A stretch of 64,000 nucleotides of DNA, from NCBI RefSeq assembly GCF_009914755.1, contig NC_060932.1. One strand, given 5' to 3'. This DNA comes from the human T2T-CHM13v2.0 reference genome, Homo sapiens. A program made the position numbers and the translations under genes. Every line of letters starts with the position of its first letter. Position 1 is the stretch's first letter. Under the pieces are notes generated by a model that saw nothing but the letters and a program-made list of their open reading frames with translations, was not told the DNA's origin and did no database searches. Below, piece by piece: positions 1-18,610 of the stretch.

Positions 1-2
1 AC

Positions 3-302
<300 letters not shown>

Positions 303-1333
303 TTATGCTACCTCCTAGTAATAACAGGTGTGCATGCAGCACTAGAGAAGAAAAGTGTACTCAGTAGCATCTGAGAATTAGTGCAGTCCCCAAGAGAACA
401 TGGCTCAACTTTCCAAGTTTGAATTTGAAGTATGTGCTAATACATTTCTAATTATAAGCAGTATTTGCATAAATTGGTGGTAAATTAAACATGAGTAATT
501 AATTGTTTAACAGTTGCTCTTATTAAGCACTAAGAAAATGAATTAACTGTATAAAACTGTTTGATATAGATTCCTAAAGGGATATGTGTCATTCTTTATA
601 GGATTCCTTTCAAAACTATGAAGTGAGTTGTAAAAGTTTTTAAGGCTGCTTCTGGGTTTCTTTATTTTTCTAGGAAATATTATGAACAAAAACGAGTTTT
701 GTAAGTAATTATTCTAAGATAGTAAAAATAAGCTAACTATCTGAGGTCAAAAAATTAATATTTGATTTGATATTCATTTCTTTGAGAACAAATCATAGTT
801 TACAAGGTCTTCTATATATTCAACAGCTATCAGTGCTTATGGTATGCCAGGCAATTCTATCAAAATTGAAAGCTGGAGGAAGCAAAAAAATATTGCTTAG
901 TAAGCATTTTTATTCTAGTGTGAGCAGAGAATTTGTTGACTCCTTATTCACTTTCACTTGGAAAGGCCAACTCTTAGACACAGCCAAGGGCAGTAAGAAT
1001 CATGAATGCCACATGTACCCTTGTCTAATTTGATCCTTGCCCACTTTCTTAGCACACTAGAAAAGTGAGTTTTGGTTTTGTCTCTTCCAAAAATACCTAA
1101 CACTATAACATGATATGAATTTGTATGATGAATGAAATGTCTACTGAGTTAAAACCTACAGTCTCTACTTCAAAGGACTATATGTCATGCAGCTAGAATA
1201 AAATTTCTCACTGAACACAAGCATGAAAATTAAGGGAGTTAAATTAATTTAAAATACACAAAAAGGTAACAAAAAAGAGAGATGCAAACTTTCAGAAAGG
1301 ACACCAGACATGTGCTCCTGAGCATGCACATTT

Positions 1334-1396
1334 ATGTGTGTTTGTATATCTGTGTGTTTGTGTGTGTGTATATCTGCGTGTTTGTGTGTGTGTATT
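1334..1396. repeat. Compound TG-rich microsatellite (about 22-bp unit tgtgtttgtgtgtgtgtatatc)
   Basis: Repeated TG/TTTG/TATC units are directly visible. Confidence 0.8.
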
Positions 1397-2272
1397 TACA
1401 AGAAGTTGAGAGAAAGTTTTTCTGTATATCAGTATTCTTTCAAATAAAGACACTTTGTCAAGTATCCTACTTCTTGAGAAGTTTCTTGGGAATTTTTTTG
1501 TCTGTAAGCTGTACCTATATACATATGTAGAAGGGGAAACTTAAAGGGACATTCTGCAGGTAAATGCATAAATCTATGTAACACATAAACACATTTAAAC
1601 ATTTAGGAGGAATGGTCAACAACTAATATAACAAACATTCGTACTATTACTTTGACTAGAATCAGATGGGAAAATATAGAATATATTTTTATAACAAAGT
1701 GAAGATTTCTGTTATTTGAAAATAATTATCATTGGATGAAGACACTGAAGAGAATGGACTTAAAGATGGAATTTCATAGTAAATAGTGAAGAAAGAATGT
1801 AATTTAAGCTTTTTTTATAAGATGAAACTAAAAACATGAAGACATAAATTTTATTTTATATCTAATAAAACAGGATAAAATTACAATGATTTACTAATTC
1901 TTATCAGAAACAAGAGCAAACTGTTTTGAACTTAAAACGTAGCTGGCACTATTCTGCAGATTTTATTTATGTTAACTCAGCCCCCACAACAACCTTTTGA
2001 GAAAAATGCTGTAATTATTCGGTTTACAGATGAGAAAGCAAGCAAGTATAGAAATAACTCAGTCTAGTTCCAGGGTCTATGATCTCAGGCAGATTCTTGA
2101 ATTGTGTGGATGTTTTTTCCACATTAAGAGTACTATTTTAGCAAGCTATGATGTTCTTTACTCATGTTTGATTTTGTAGCACTTCCCTCACAAATGATGA
2201 ATATATAAAAAAAATTCAAGGGCATCCTTTATTTTCTCAGAGATTCATTTAATCCTGTCATTTTCAAATCAC

Positions 2273-2575
2273 TTTTTTTTTTTTTTTTGAGATGGAATCT
2301 CGCCTTGTCCCCCAGGGCTGGAGTGCAGTGGCGCTATCTCGGCTCCCTGAAAGCTCCGCCCCCCGGGTTCACGCCATTCTCCTGCCTCAGCCCCTCCACC
2401 GCAGTAGCTGGGACTATTGGCGCTCGCCACCACGCCCGGCTAATTTTTTTGTATTTTTGGTAGAGACAGGTTTCACTGTGTTAGCCAGGATGGTCTCGAT
2501 CTCCTGATCTCATGATCCTCCCGCCTCTGCCTCCCAAAGTGCTGGGATTACAGGCGTAAGCCACCGCACCAGGCC
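2273..2575 (-). mobile_element. Alu SINE (AluY-like)
   Basis: Poly-T followed by a reverse Alu with GGGTTCACGCCATTCTCC and TTAGCCAGGATGGTCTCGATCTCC diagnostics. TSD ttcaaatcacttttt is on both sides. Confidence 0.95.
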
Positions 2576-3699
2576 TTCAAATCACTTTTTTAATGCACCT
2601 AACACCTATTGTGTCAGTATCCTTGTCTATGTTCTTTAATTGATCTATCTCTTCCGAATTCTCATTTGCCAGTAGCTTTGTATGTGACTGAAATAATTCT
2701 CCATCATCATCATCAGCCTCATCATTTTCATCAACCTAATGACATTTTTCATTTTTCTAAATGAGATTATTTTACATTGCCAATGTTTTAAGTTGCATTT
2801 GTTTTATATTGTCAGCTGCAAGTGGTGATCATAATAGCACTTATCTATAGAGTTACTTGGAAGAGAAAATGACTTAAAATACATAAGGCACCTGTAGCAG
2901 TATCAGCATATGGTAAAAACTCAATAAATATTAGTCATCACTATTATTACCACCATACTACATTGTCTGGTTTGCTTTGTAAATCAGCTAATCATGGGAT
3001 ATAAAGACATCACAAAAGCTGATGTATGTTAGAGTGAAGCACACTGTACACAAGCATTAGGCAACCTAGGTCAATCAAGTTTACATTCTTGGAGCAGGGC
3101 AAGAAATTCTGTTTGTCTGTTTCTCCCTTGTTACCTCAGGAGATCTGGACTAGTTACCGCTGGGGCAAAAGTTTCTATTAAAGGAAAGGTCTGATCAAAT
3201 CTGTTCACTAGGTGATACAATAGTTGAGTTCAGTTCGAGTCAACAGAAAAAAATTATTATTAAGTACCTGCTTTATACACAGCTTAGACATTTTTTAAAT
3301 AAACATAATTCAGTCCTTGTCCAGTTGCACTCAACATGAAATAGAAATACAAAAGAGGAGGCCAGGTTATAATAGAGGTTAAAAGTAACATGATTTGATC
3401 TTTTAAAATAAAGATGCATTGTAAGAATGCAGGACAGAAACATCACTGAAAAGGATGGATTTCTCAAGGTTAAGGACATTGAATTCCATGATTAGTCATT
3501 TGAGCTTTCATTTCTAAGCAATAAAAAGCCATTAAGAATTTTGGATATGGAATATAACGTGAAATAACCTTAGTGAGAAACATGGGGTTGGATGGAAAAA
3601 TGATGAGGGCCTGTGCTGCTCCTGGGAAAACTGGATATATTTGCTTTTATTATTAATAAAAGTTAAGCGTGTTGATGCGCTTGCCATTACTTTTTATCT

Positions 3700-4275
3700 T
3701 CCTGGTTCTTATAATATTGCCTCCATACCTTTCTTTCGTGGTGAATGCTCCTCATTCAGGCCAACCTTGTAGCTTTATTAGGGTCTGGCAAACATAGGAC
3801 TTTTAAACCACCATGGTCTGTCTCAACCACAGGGATAGATGAGCACATGACCAAGACAAAGTCAATCATAATGGGCCCTTCTCCTTCACTAGAGTTACTA
3901 GTTTAGATATGGATGAATTGAATACCTTCCCTGGGATTTTTCTAATTAGAGTGACAGGGAAGAGCTCTCCTTCCTCTCTGAAACTGAAGATACAGGGCTA
4001 TCAACTTCCATCTGCCTGAGAGTGTATACACTACTGTCAATTCCTCATACGGAAAAAGCCTGTCTGCAGCGTAAGAGAATTATGTGAATACACAAAGAAA
4101 AGTCTAAGTGTAAGATGGAGAAGTTCTTAAAAAGTTTTGAATTTATGCTTCTTATTAGCAATGAGAGTTATCCCACCTTGCCTTTTCTACTAGTTGAACA
4201 GTTGAACAACAGCTTCTGCTTTTATTTTTAAATACCAGTTAGAGTTGGGTTTCTGTCACTTACAATCACAAATTA
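3700..4275 (+). mobile_element. Old MaLR LTR (MLT1-like), boundaries approximate
   Basis: Typical MLT1 3' end gttagagttgggtttctgtcacttacaa; the body is degenerate. Confidence 0.5.
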
Positions 4276-5130
4276 AAGGAAGATGTTTTGATGAGTTGTT
4301 TAAATCTTCATATAAAAACAAATTAGCTTAAAACTGTTTAAAAAATGATGGCACTGACAGTACTTGAAAATTTAATCATAAAATGACAAATGGTATCTTC
4401 CACTTCAAGAAATAGTAAGTGTAGAATTTGAAAATAGTACTGTAAATAGAAATTAAAACCCATAGTTAAATAATATATGGATTTACATTGAGTGTGCTTT
4501 TTGACAAGCAAGCATGCAAGCACTTCCCAATCTTAGGAGAAGCAGTTTCCTCCACTGGATTTCATATGTGTTTCCTGAAAAATGAAGCACTTCTGACTTA
4601 TTCTCATAGAAACAAAGAAGCAGTAAGGAACACTAGTATGCTATTTATTATAACTAGGAACTTGACACAACAGGGTAGTCTGAGTAAACTACCATAGTGC
4701 TGTGTAGCTGGTTAGAATTTTTGTAGACAGGCTGGCCTTCTATTTGAACTGGGACATGTTGCCATTCAAGGCAGGAAACAAATGCTGCATTTTTTTCAGG
4801 ACTTTCTTCTCATACAAATTTGGCATTTTCAAGGCTGTTTTGAAAAGGTCCACAGCATGTTCTTAAAATAGTTACACAGGTGAGTTTTAAATATATATGC
4901 ATATATAAACAGGGTAGATACACAGATAGTATCTTTAGGCATGGAGTAAGTTTGGCTGATTAGCAATAGTCTTTATTTCATGAATGGTTTGATAACATAA
5001 ATTTGCCAGAAATCAAAAGAACTTTTAAAAAACCTAAAATATTTATAATTATGTTAAACCCCATATAAAAAACTACATTGATTTTTCTGTTTATAAATCA
5101 GCATATTTTGCATGTCAAATGAGTTATTAC

Positions 5131-5319
5131 CATCACAGGTTGGAAGTGGATGACTCCACCAGTGGTTTTTTTCGCATAGAAGGGGCTCTTCATGACTCAA
5201 CCTGTATCCTGAATCACAACTAAATGAAACAGTAGAGCCAATGGAGAAATCATGACCATAGCGACGGCCATGTACAGGTATGCCAGGGTCCAAACAAGAA
5301 TACGTGTTCACTGTAACAC
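5131..5319 (-). CDS. CSMD3: CSMD3 coding exon, Sushi domain (189 nt, phase 1-1)
   Basis: gttttccag|GT GTT ACA...TGT GAT G|gtaata. It translates to SVTVNTYSCLDPGIPVHGRRYGHDFSIGSTVSFSCDSGYRLSHEEPLLCEKNHWWSHPLPTCD and overlaps ORF 5054..5401. Confidence 0.96.
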
Positions 5320-5909
5320 CTGGAAAACAAAGGGAAGAAAATAAAGAGTAAGCTTGGTGGGATTTGGAGTTGCTGAAAATAATTCCTAGTTCTTCAAACA
5401 ATTACAAGCAATGATTTTTACAAATAAAGGTACTCGTACTTCATTTTTAAAATCAGCAATTTATTTAATAAATTTGTTTTCTCATTTCCTACCAGTAAGG
5501 ATCAAATTCAGGTCATTTAATTACATAAGAACTTGATGAAAATGTATAACTATCTGTAAAACTTTGTATTGTTATAAATTTTGTGTATATATACACATAT
5601 ATCACAATAATCATAGCAATAGTCAACATTTCTTGAACTTATTATATTCCAAGCACCATTCTAAATATTATACAAAATTTTCTCATTTAATTACTAAAGG
5701 AAAAAGAAGAGTAGAGGCATTTTGCAAGGTATGAAAGTATGAACACCAGAACCGTTCTAAGTATAACCAATTAGCACATTTCTTCTGGTGGTTAACTGTT
5801 GTTGTTATCAATAGTCTCTAGTACACTTCAGTGTCTCCTGATATCTTCCTTGCAATTTACAATCCCTAGCTGAGATCATACCATGACAATGTTTTTCCTT
5901 TAATAAGAT

Positions 5910-6118
5910 ATGGCTTCTCAACCTCGGCACTGTTGACATTTTGGACTGGATACTTCTGTGTTGTGGGTGTCCTGTGCATTGGAGTACTTTTAGAAACATT
6001 CCTGGCCCCCACCTGTTCGATGCCAGTAGCATTTCTCCAATCATGACAATAACAAATATCTCCAAATACTGCTACACATTTCTTGGGGTGCAACAATGCC
6101 CTCAGTTGAGAACCACTG
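5910..6118 (-). mobile_element. MER20 hAT DNA-transposon fossil
   Basis: ttctcaacctcggcactgttgacattttgg...gttgagaaccactg matches the reverse MER20 consensus and its terminal inverted repeats. Confidence 0.85.
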
Positions 6119-6511
6119 GTACAAACTATAACAAGTAATTATTTTTTTCTTCCTATATAGGATATTTAAACAATGAATAACTACTATTTCTATATTCCAA
6201 AATTAGTCGTTAACATTTTTAAGACTGTATAATTATATTAAATCATATTTATATGAGAAAATATTTATTTGTATTAGCTACCCAATTCAAAAATGAAGCT
6301 AAACAAAATGGTACAAAATAGAAGTTTAATTTTAAAGACGGAAATTGTACATTTTAAGTGTATTTATCAAGCATATTCGTTTCATCTAAATGGTGTTATT
6401 TTAATGAGAAACTAAAATACAATAGAGACAATTTTATCTTCAACACATCTACTTTTATCTGCTAAGTTCCTCTTCTAAGTGTGACCATTATTTTTCTAAG
6501 CACCCAGTGCA

Positions 6512-6805
<294 letters not shown>

Positions 6806-7788
6806 AGCACCCAGTGCTTTTAAACTCTCATTCATCTTTGATTCCTCACTCTTTTCCTCCACAAAATATGTCTGAAATCCATTCTCATTGAAAAGCATCA
6901 TGTCATGTATTATTTCTCTTACCCTATCCAAGGCCCTCATCACCTCAAGTTTATGAAACAAACAATAACATTTAGCATGTTTTTCAGTATCTTTCATCTC
7001 CAATTTATTCTATATAAAATGTTGGACATACGTATAGCCAAAACATGTTTTTTCATTGCTTTAATACCCTATGGCTAATGGCACCATGTTCAAAGTCGTC
7101 ACCCTGAAAATTAAGATTCCCAAATTAGACTTTACTATTCTAAATTGTCATTATCTCCCAATGGTCATTTTTTATATCAATCAGATAAGTCTCCTCATTA
7201 GTTTTAGGCTTTGTCTCATAGGAATACCTTCAGTTGTCCTCTTAATGTACACAATCTTCTCAACCTTTAACAGAAAAGTTTAGACCCCCTTCCTTCAGGT
7301 TTCAATTTCCCCCAATGTTCCAGGTGATATATAACTTTCCTTTACATGAACCTCTAACATTGTAGTAAAATCGTCTAAAATCAGAGAAATGGGGGTTGCA
7401 GTGGTCATATACAATGTAAATTACAGTAAAATTTAATTATTCAAAAGTGATTGTAATGCTTTTGTTCATTGACCTATAGTAAAGGTCAATGAATATATGG
7501 GGTTAATAATTCATTTGCCTTTCTTGGCTTTTCAACTGATAAAGTAAGATGATGTATTTCTTTTATGTCTTCCACTGTGGTGCATTGATCTAGGAGTCAC
7601 AAAATAAGTCTAAAGAAATAGTTCATAATTGATTGACAAGCAAATAACTCAAGGCATAATGCAAGGCAATGGAAATGTTGCAAAATTGAGAAAATGAGAA
7701 ACATCATGAGGAACTGATATCAGTATTATTTATTAACTGATAGTCATTACTGAATACTAAAACATAATTGGTAAGTAGCTTTAGAAGA

Positions 7789-8085
7789 TTTTTTTTTTAG
7801 ACAGAGTCTCACCCATCCTACAGGCTGGAATGCAGTGGCTAATCTTGGCTCACTGCAGCCTCCACTTCGCTTCCTGGGTTCAAGCAATCAATTCTCCTGC
7901 CTCAGCCTCCCAAGTAGTGGGAATTATAGGCATGCACCACCACTCCTGGCTAAATTTTGTATTTTTAGTAGAGACGTGGTTTCACCACGTTGGCCAGGCT
8001 GGTCTCAAACTAATGACCTCAAGTGACACTCCCGCCTCAGCCTCCAAAGTGCTGGGATTACAGGCTTTAGTCATCGTGCCCAGCT
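7789..8085 (-). mobile_element. Alu SINE (older, S/J-like)
   Basis: Reverse dimeric Alu with a diverged TSD (tttagaa). Confidence 0.92.
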
Positions 8086-8623
8086 AGTTTTAGAAAATTC
8101 TTAAATGTTGGCAATGTACATAATTTTCAGAAGTTCATGTCTGCATTATATCAAATGACATTAACATGTTATCTTTTTCCTTATTGCTTTATAGAGCTTG
8201 TTTTTTTAAAAAGTAGAAATTCAAAATGGACATTTTTCTTATTTATGTAATACAACGTTTGAACATTTTATGTTTCTGTTTCTACTACTCCTCCTCTCAA
8301 ATATCTATTGATCATAAATTGTGCATTCTTTTAGATGTCTAACATTTTCCTAATTGGAAAATACATCTATACGTTCATATGAAAAATACATATTTGGAGA
8401 TGAATATATGTCTATACGTTTGTTCTGTATCCATTTTCAATTTTAAAATTTGTATAATATTTAGATATCCAAGACTTAATTATAGTCATATTTCAAGCAA
8501 TACAACATAATAAACAGACGTGATTTTTTCCTGGGGAAAAACTATAGAAATAAAAATAAATTATATTCCTAAAGTCTACTCTATGTTGTTATAATTTTAA
8601 TGTGTTTTGAAACCTCTAAATAA

Positions 8624-8926
<303 letters not shown>

Positions 8927-8977
8927 AACCTTATCTTATTGATAGTTTTTGTAATCCCCATGTTTTGGGGGGCAGAT

Positions 8978-9011
8978 AGAATGGGGTAAAAAAAAAGAAT
9001 GGGGTAAAAAA
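8978..9011. repeat. 18-bp tandem duplication (agaatggggtaaaaaaaa)x~2
   Basis: Directly visible. Confidence 0.8.
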
Positions 9012-11117
9012 TATAACAGAAACCTGGAGTACAAACAATGGTGGCATTGCAAGCATTCCTTCCTATAGGATTTTGGTTGCCTGGGGAAGACAAATTACTT
9101 TCACTTTCAATGAATTTGATTAAAAAAATAGAAATACACCAAATGCCAAATATATTGTTAATGTTCTCATTAGCAATCTACTGATTTTGAGGTTTGTGAA
9201 TGGTTCATTTGAAAAAGATAGTTTAGTTACCTTCAGCTTGGGAAACAGTAAGAAAGAGATGAATGAAAAGGCTTTTGTTGGTTTCTTGATAAGAAAGGAT
9301 TTATGATGTTGGAGATTATTTCACAGGAGTAAATATACCACAAGACTAATAGAATAAAATGAGAGAAGGTGATTTCTTAAAGACAAATTTAAATACAAAG
9401 TTATTTCATCTTGTTAGATTTGACCAAATTAATAACAAGTGTGTCTCTAATCAACCTCAATGTTTGTCAGCTCTCAGCTTCCACTTTGCCTTTTAAGGCA
9501 CTAGCCCTCGAAAATAACTTGGACTATGCCACTAAGGACCTGTAAGTGACAAACTTGCTGACTGAAGGTATGCATTTGAGCAGGACTTCTTATTTTTATT
9601 CCTTATCTGACTAGTTTTTGTAGGAGAAATGTAAAGGCTATCATTTATTGAGAACATACTGCATGTTACCAGTTATGCTGACACATTTTGCATGTTTTGT
9701 TTCATTTAATCTTTAAAATAGTCCTGTTTTTGGTAAAGACCACATACCTTGGGTGGAATGGGATTGAATACGATTTACTGGGTAAAGGATACAGCAATGG
9801 ACTAAAAGAAAAGCTGCCTGCATATTGATATCAATTAATTACTAGTGAGAATTAGTTTTGAAGTAGATTTTTCTAAATGACTAATTTGACTCAGGTTTAG
9901 TAAATACATGTTAGACTCAAAATATCAGTTAAGGCACTTTAGTTCATTTGAACCCCCAAGTATGTGTGCATTCTCTTATTGCATTTTACCATGATTTTTA
10001 CAAAATATGCTTTCATGCCACAAAGCTCAAAATAATGGGAAGTTAATATAGTCAAACAATACTGTAGATAAGATGATTTAAAAAAACTAATGGATCTATA
10101 TTGACAATTATTTTAAAAACCCATGAGTCCATTGACTATATCTATTGAAGATAGATGCCCAACAGCAAATATAAAACTATATATTTCAAATGCAGAAATC
10201 TCTTCTTGAGGGGGAAAGGGTCATAATTAACTTGAATATTAAAATAAATAATATAATATCTGCATTTGAAATAAAGACATATTTTAATAACCCTCTTAAG
10301 TGTGTTGTTAGATTAATTTATCAAAAGTGCATTTCACGTAAAAGTATATGGCTATGCATTCATGATGAAAATGTACACATATGTAAATTTATATGTTTGC
10401 ACACACATAAATCTTATGCAATATAGCCACACATGTGCAAGATGTTTATAAATGGAAAAAAAGCCCATTTCTGTGTTCATATCAGCATCAAAATGTTTCA
10501 AAAATCAAAATATTTTAGACTTTTTAAACAAAACCATGAGATTTAATAGGGGTTATAATGATTCCAACACTCTGAATTATAGCTTGTATTAATATAGTTT
10601 TCTCGACTTATATTAATCATATTTGAATATATGTATATACAGTTTGCCTTTTAATTTTAATATTATTTTCAACATTTTATGCAAAATAATAAAATTAAAT
10701 ATTTTAAATGGAAAATATGTGCAATTAGTGTGAGGAAACTATAAAAGAATAACTGAATTTGTGAAGTAAATGCTAAAAATGTTATTGTTTATATATATCT
10801 TAGACTGGCAATTACTGTCTATTATCTGTTTTTCAGAACTATACACAAATAATTGGTACAAAACCTCATTTTCAAATAATGATTTGATGCTTCTGATATT
10901 TCTTTAGTATTTTGTTTCATAATGATATTAGATAGATATTGCTGGAAAATCTATTGCAGAATTTACTAAAACACACACCTTATAAAGCATTAACATTCTT
11001 ATAGATGAAGGAAAGCTTTGATTTAAAATAAATAGAGCTAATAGTTCCATTAGTAAAACTATAATAATACAAAAAGTAGGGCAAACAGAATGAGGAAATC
11101 AAAAAGTTTTATCATTA

Positions 11118-11381
<264 letters not shown>

Positions 11382-12010
11382 CTATTTAAATTCCTATTTA
11401 AAATTTTTCCATTTTATATTATAATTTTCTTTAGCTTATCTAATATCTAAGATATCATTTAAGACACCATCATTTGTGAATGCCAAAGGTATAAGCTCTT
11501 ATTCCTATGAAAAATTATTATTAAAAAGTTATGTATTGTTCCTAAGATTCTTTCAAATATTATAAATTATCTTATAACTGGACTGTTCATGAACCAAACA
11601 TATTTTTGGAATTATCTTTGGTTGTCTTCCTTATTTTTATGGAAAAATATGTGGTTTACATTTATTTTCAATCAGATAATTAGATTATCATCTTAATAAC
11701 ACACACATTTCAAATTTGACATCTGCTTTTATAATTATTTTTTATTCAAGTGTTTTTTATTGATACATAACATTTATACAAAATTTTTGGACAAATCTAT
11801 TTCTGCCTTTAAACATGTGATAAAGTTTGTATTTGAAAACAACAGTTCTAAGTAGGTAGTAACTAATGATGATACATTTGATGTTTATTAAAGTATCAGC
11901 AGCTCTATTAAAGACTTCATTGACATTAGTTTTTGTAATCCTCCCATTAACCCTATGGTGTAGCTCATATTATTAAACCCACTTTCCAAGTAAGAAAACC
12001 ACAGCCTTAA

Positions 12011-12331
<321 letters not shown>

Positions 12332-13562
12332 ACCTTCAAAACTTAAATAGTATTACATTATCTTAAATTACAAAAGTAGGCATCAAAACCAAGTCTCCCT
12401 GACTCTAACCTCTATTCTATGATGTCTGATCTTATTAGATTTTTGGTTGTTCTGCTGTTTTCAATTCTTTAAAACATATTAATTTATTTTATAAACGTCA
12501 ATCGACACAGGGCTACTTTTAACATGTATAACATCTATTTTAAAAAAATAGCATTTTGTATTCTTCCCTTGCACTTCAGGGTTATACTATATCCTGAATC
12601 TAGATCCAAGATCTAAACTGTGGAAAAATGTTTATGTGAACTCATGGAGTACTAAAATATTTTTCCCTTGCCTATGATGATCTTGAAGCCTCGAAAATTC
12701 TTTTCCTTGCTTTAACCAAGGTTTTCCTACACATCTTTCAGTTTCAGCTTAAATATGCGAACAGCAAGACCTCTTCTGTCCTCACATTGTAGATTATTTT
12801 ATTTCCTATTCTACTGCCACAATTTACTGTGGCTTTTGTGATACTAATCACAGTAGTGTTTACTTTTTAGACAACTGTCTTCCTTAAAAGTCTATAAACT
12901 CCATGAGGTTAAGCAGTGTGTTTTTGTCAATGCTTTGCATATAGTAGACACTCAATAAATATTTATTGGATCAAAGAAAAAATGAATGTATTTTACAGTT
13001 AAAAATGTCTTTCTTTTCTCTAGGGTAGTTACTAGTTTTACAAAAAAGTATCCAACATAATTGGATGCTTTAGTATTAACCATGTATTTTTACTCATGTT
13101 AAATGCACTTTCCAATAAAGTTTCAGTACTTTATTTCTCCAGTTTTATCTCCAGTACACTTTAAAAAATAATTTTTAGTTTGAAATGCCCACTAATTTTC
13201 AGAGAATCACTTTTACTATCATACTTGCCAGTCTTTTGCAGTATGTGTTATGAGATTAAACCACTTTATTCCTCAAAACCAAAATGAATAAAACTCATAT
13301 GTGGTCAAACAAATGCCCAGAACTAATTGAATGGATTCAAAAAAGGTTAGAAACTCTATTTCATTATATCGTATCAGTCTCTGATATTATTATGAACATA
13401 GCATATGACACGTTAGTCAAAATTAAGTATATAATTTAATACTGTTCAGGAAGCACAACTGCCTCCTATTAATCAGTAAACAGTATATGTGAATTTTTGA
13501 AGTGTATTTTACTTCTAATTTTGTGACCTGGAATATACTGTATGTGTTTCATAAATGTTTCA

Positions 13563-14015
<453 letters not shown>

Positions 14016-16991
14016 CTAGTCAGCTGACAACAGCCAAATTAAAATGCACGGAAGAGTCAGGGATTACTTCAAATTGAAACATAAAGAGACTTAATTCTTA
14101 ATAGAATAGCAACATTAACTGGTGATATAAAGAACATTGTTCAGTACCAGTGAATCTTTAAAAAGAAAATCATTGCAGATTTGCCCTGAGGAACTATAAA
14201 AATACATTCTAATAACAAGCAAAATGGGATAGGGTTACACAATAAATTGAATTTCTTTCATTTTCTATTTTAAAATAGTTGTATAAATTTCTCATGAATT
14301 GCCTCAGTCTCATGTTTGTTTATGAAATTAAATTTATTGTATATGCTAAACAAATATTATGGTAGCACTAAATGTTATTATGAATGAAATTGGATCTAAT
14401 CTTATTCAATTTTTGTTGTCTTTAAAAAACATTCTTGATGTAATCCAAACCCTTCCTAACCAAATTGAGATAGTCCTCATTAACTTAAAAAAATATTCTC
14501 TGAAAGACTGATAGTGATAGCATGCATTCAGGGAGCTGAGGATAGGAAAAGGAACCGAAAAATACACTTTGAATGATGGATAGTAAAATGAATACCTCTT
14601 AGACTCAGGAGCTGCTGGATATTGAGAAAATTTAGAAAGTGTGGGAATAAACAAAAACAAAAATTCCTTTGCAGATCTGAGAGTAAGAATTGTTAAATGT
14701 TTGGATATGTTAAGAAGAGGTAAATGGTTTTAAAAACATGTTTGTTGGTGTTATTGCTATTTTGTTTTGTATTTTACAAGAAATCATATTTCTTGTAGTT
14801 TTATTGACAAGCTGTTGAGACAATCTCAAAGAGAAAATGAATGAATAATATATTGGTAAATAATATTACTTTCTGTAGGTTAATTCTAATCATTTTCTCC
14901 ATTTGAGAATATAGAAAAAAACTACAAAATAGCTATGCCACCATGTTAAATATATTATCTGATTTTTACAAATTTTGTTTTCAACAAATTTAAATGACTC
15001 ACGAGTAGTGGAAAGTAAGTGACATGACTCTGTAATAAATCATTTCTTGGAACCAGCTTCTTCAAGAATATTCTCAGAATAAGAGGAATTATTAAAGAGT
15101 TGGCAACTAGTGTCCTTACAAGAGTTTGGCTGGAAATCAAAAGAGAATTAGATATTTTCAAGAATCCAGTATGTGTTAGATACTTTAGAAATAATATTCG
15201 ATTTCTTAAAACAATCTTTAGAAAAAAATAAAGCACCAAGACATTATAAGGCCACTGATCAAGGAAGTGATAGGCATATTTATGTCTGATTTCAAAGTGA
15301 TTATTTTATGTTGCTGCCCTAATGGATAAAATTCACTTATTTTTAAAATTGAAATACCTTGTTCATCCCTTTGCTACTGAGTTACTGCTAACCATGTGAT
15401 ATCTGTGTAAGATGTAGATTATTAAAAGAACCAATTTTCTGGCAAAGCATATGGAATATAGACAGCCCTCAACCAATACCTCATACCCTTAAAAGGTCTT
15501 TAGAGAAGAACAAATGGAAGAAGATATTTAAGGATTTTTTTTTCTTAGCTCCAATTCAATAATCTTATAGGATTTGGGGTGGAAGTAAAGGAAAGGCAAA
15601 TAGAAGGCTCAAGCCCTAAAAGGAGCGTTTATTTCAGTTTACAACATTTGGAAGAATTTGGGACTTAATTTATTTTATTTATATAAGGTAGATTCAAAGG
15701 AAATATGTGATATAAATGTGCTCTGTTTATTCTAAAATACTGAAAATACCATTAATAAATTCTTAAAGCATTGTAACTCCTGATTATTCCAGTGTTTGGG
15801 CCAATTAACAAAGAATGATTTTTTAATGATTGGTTTTAGGGAAGTGGAAGAAGCCATGAGATTATAATTGATTTGAGTGGGTAATTTCAGGATTAAGAAA
15901 TGAGGCACGGTTGACAAGTCCAGCTTGGTGATGTCCATGGGGAGAAGCCAAAATCTTTAAACTGTAGGAAACATTCCTCACCCAAGGCCTATTCTGATCT
16001 ACGCACAAGACTGATTATTGTTCCTGTGCATAAATCCTACATTGAAAATCACTTTTCAATTAGACTTTCTTACTTCTAGCCTAATTTAAAAGATTTGTGT
16101 CTTAATCAATAGATAAAAGAATAAGAAAGTGGCAGAGTAAAACGTGCTAAGTAACGCTATAGAAATTAATTTAAGTTTATGCCTATTTAACTAGTGTTAC
16201 ATTTTATTAAAATGGCTGGAAAGATTTCACCAGAAAGTCAGGTTTGAAACAGTCTAATTTCAAATATAGGCTATACAGTACAAGTGAATTCATTTGGAGA
16301 ATTCTAAAGGTATCTAAACAAGATAGGCAAGCAGCAAAGAGGCCTATATTGGCCTGTTGGAAGGACAGCAGATGCATGCTAAGAATTTTGGACAGAGAAA
16401 ATAGTGCCTTCAAACAAAAGTCCAAAATCAAATGTCAGAGTACGGATGCCCTCTGAATTGCAGGCATTGTTTGGCAATCAAACTGTTCATCAAGTGAGCC
16501 ACTCTTAGTAGCCTACTTTGAGCTGAAAGATACTAGGTGTTTATTTATTTAATGATGATTAATGACTCTCATTAGCAAATCAGCAGATGCTTTTCAACAT
16601 AATAATGCACTTTGTGTTCATAAAGCTTAAACTAATTTTCTAGTCATATTATTTTTGGCTTATATAGTATTTTAAAACTGAATAAGAGAATAAAAGAAAA
16701 TGTTATTTTAAAATAACATTCCAGTTTCAGTCAGCTAGAAGGTGGGGAAGGGGTGAGGTCTTCATAAGAAAACACTGCTGTTTGATAAAAAATAATAATA
16801 ATAATAGTATGTTTCAAAAGAAAGGCAAGATCCATTCCTACTCCCCAACATCACCCAGAAAAACAAATAATTAAATCACTCTGCATAATAAAGTAATAGG
16901 TATTTTGAGACTTACCCTGCTATATACCAGGAGCACAGGGAATGGGGAAATGAGGACTGAAGATTCTAGATGCAGAAGAGATTAAAAATGA

Positions 16992-18610
<1,619 letters not shown>

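Noticed and set aside
1282-1530. ORF with repeated YVCLYICVFVCV motif
   Set aside because: It is the translation of a TG-rich microsatellite.
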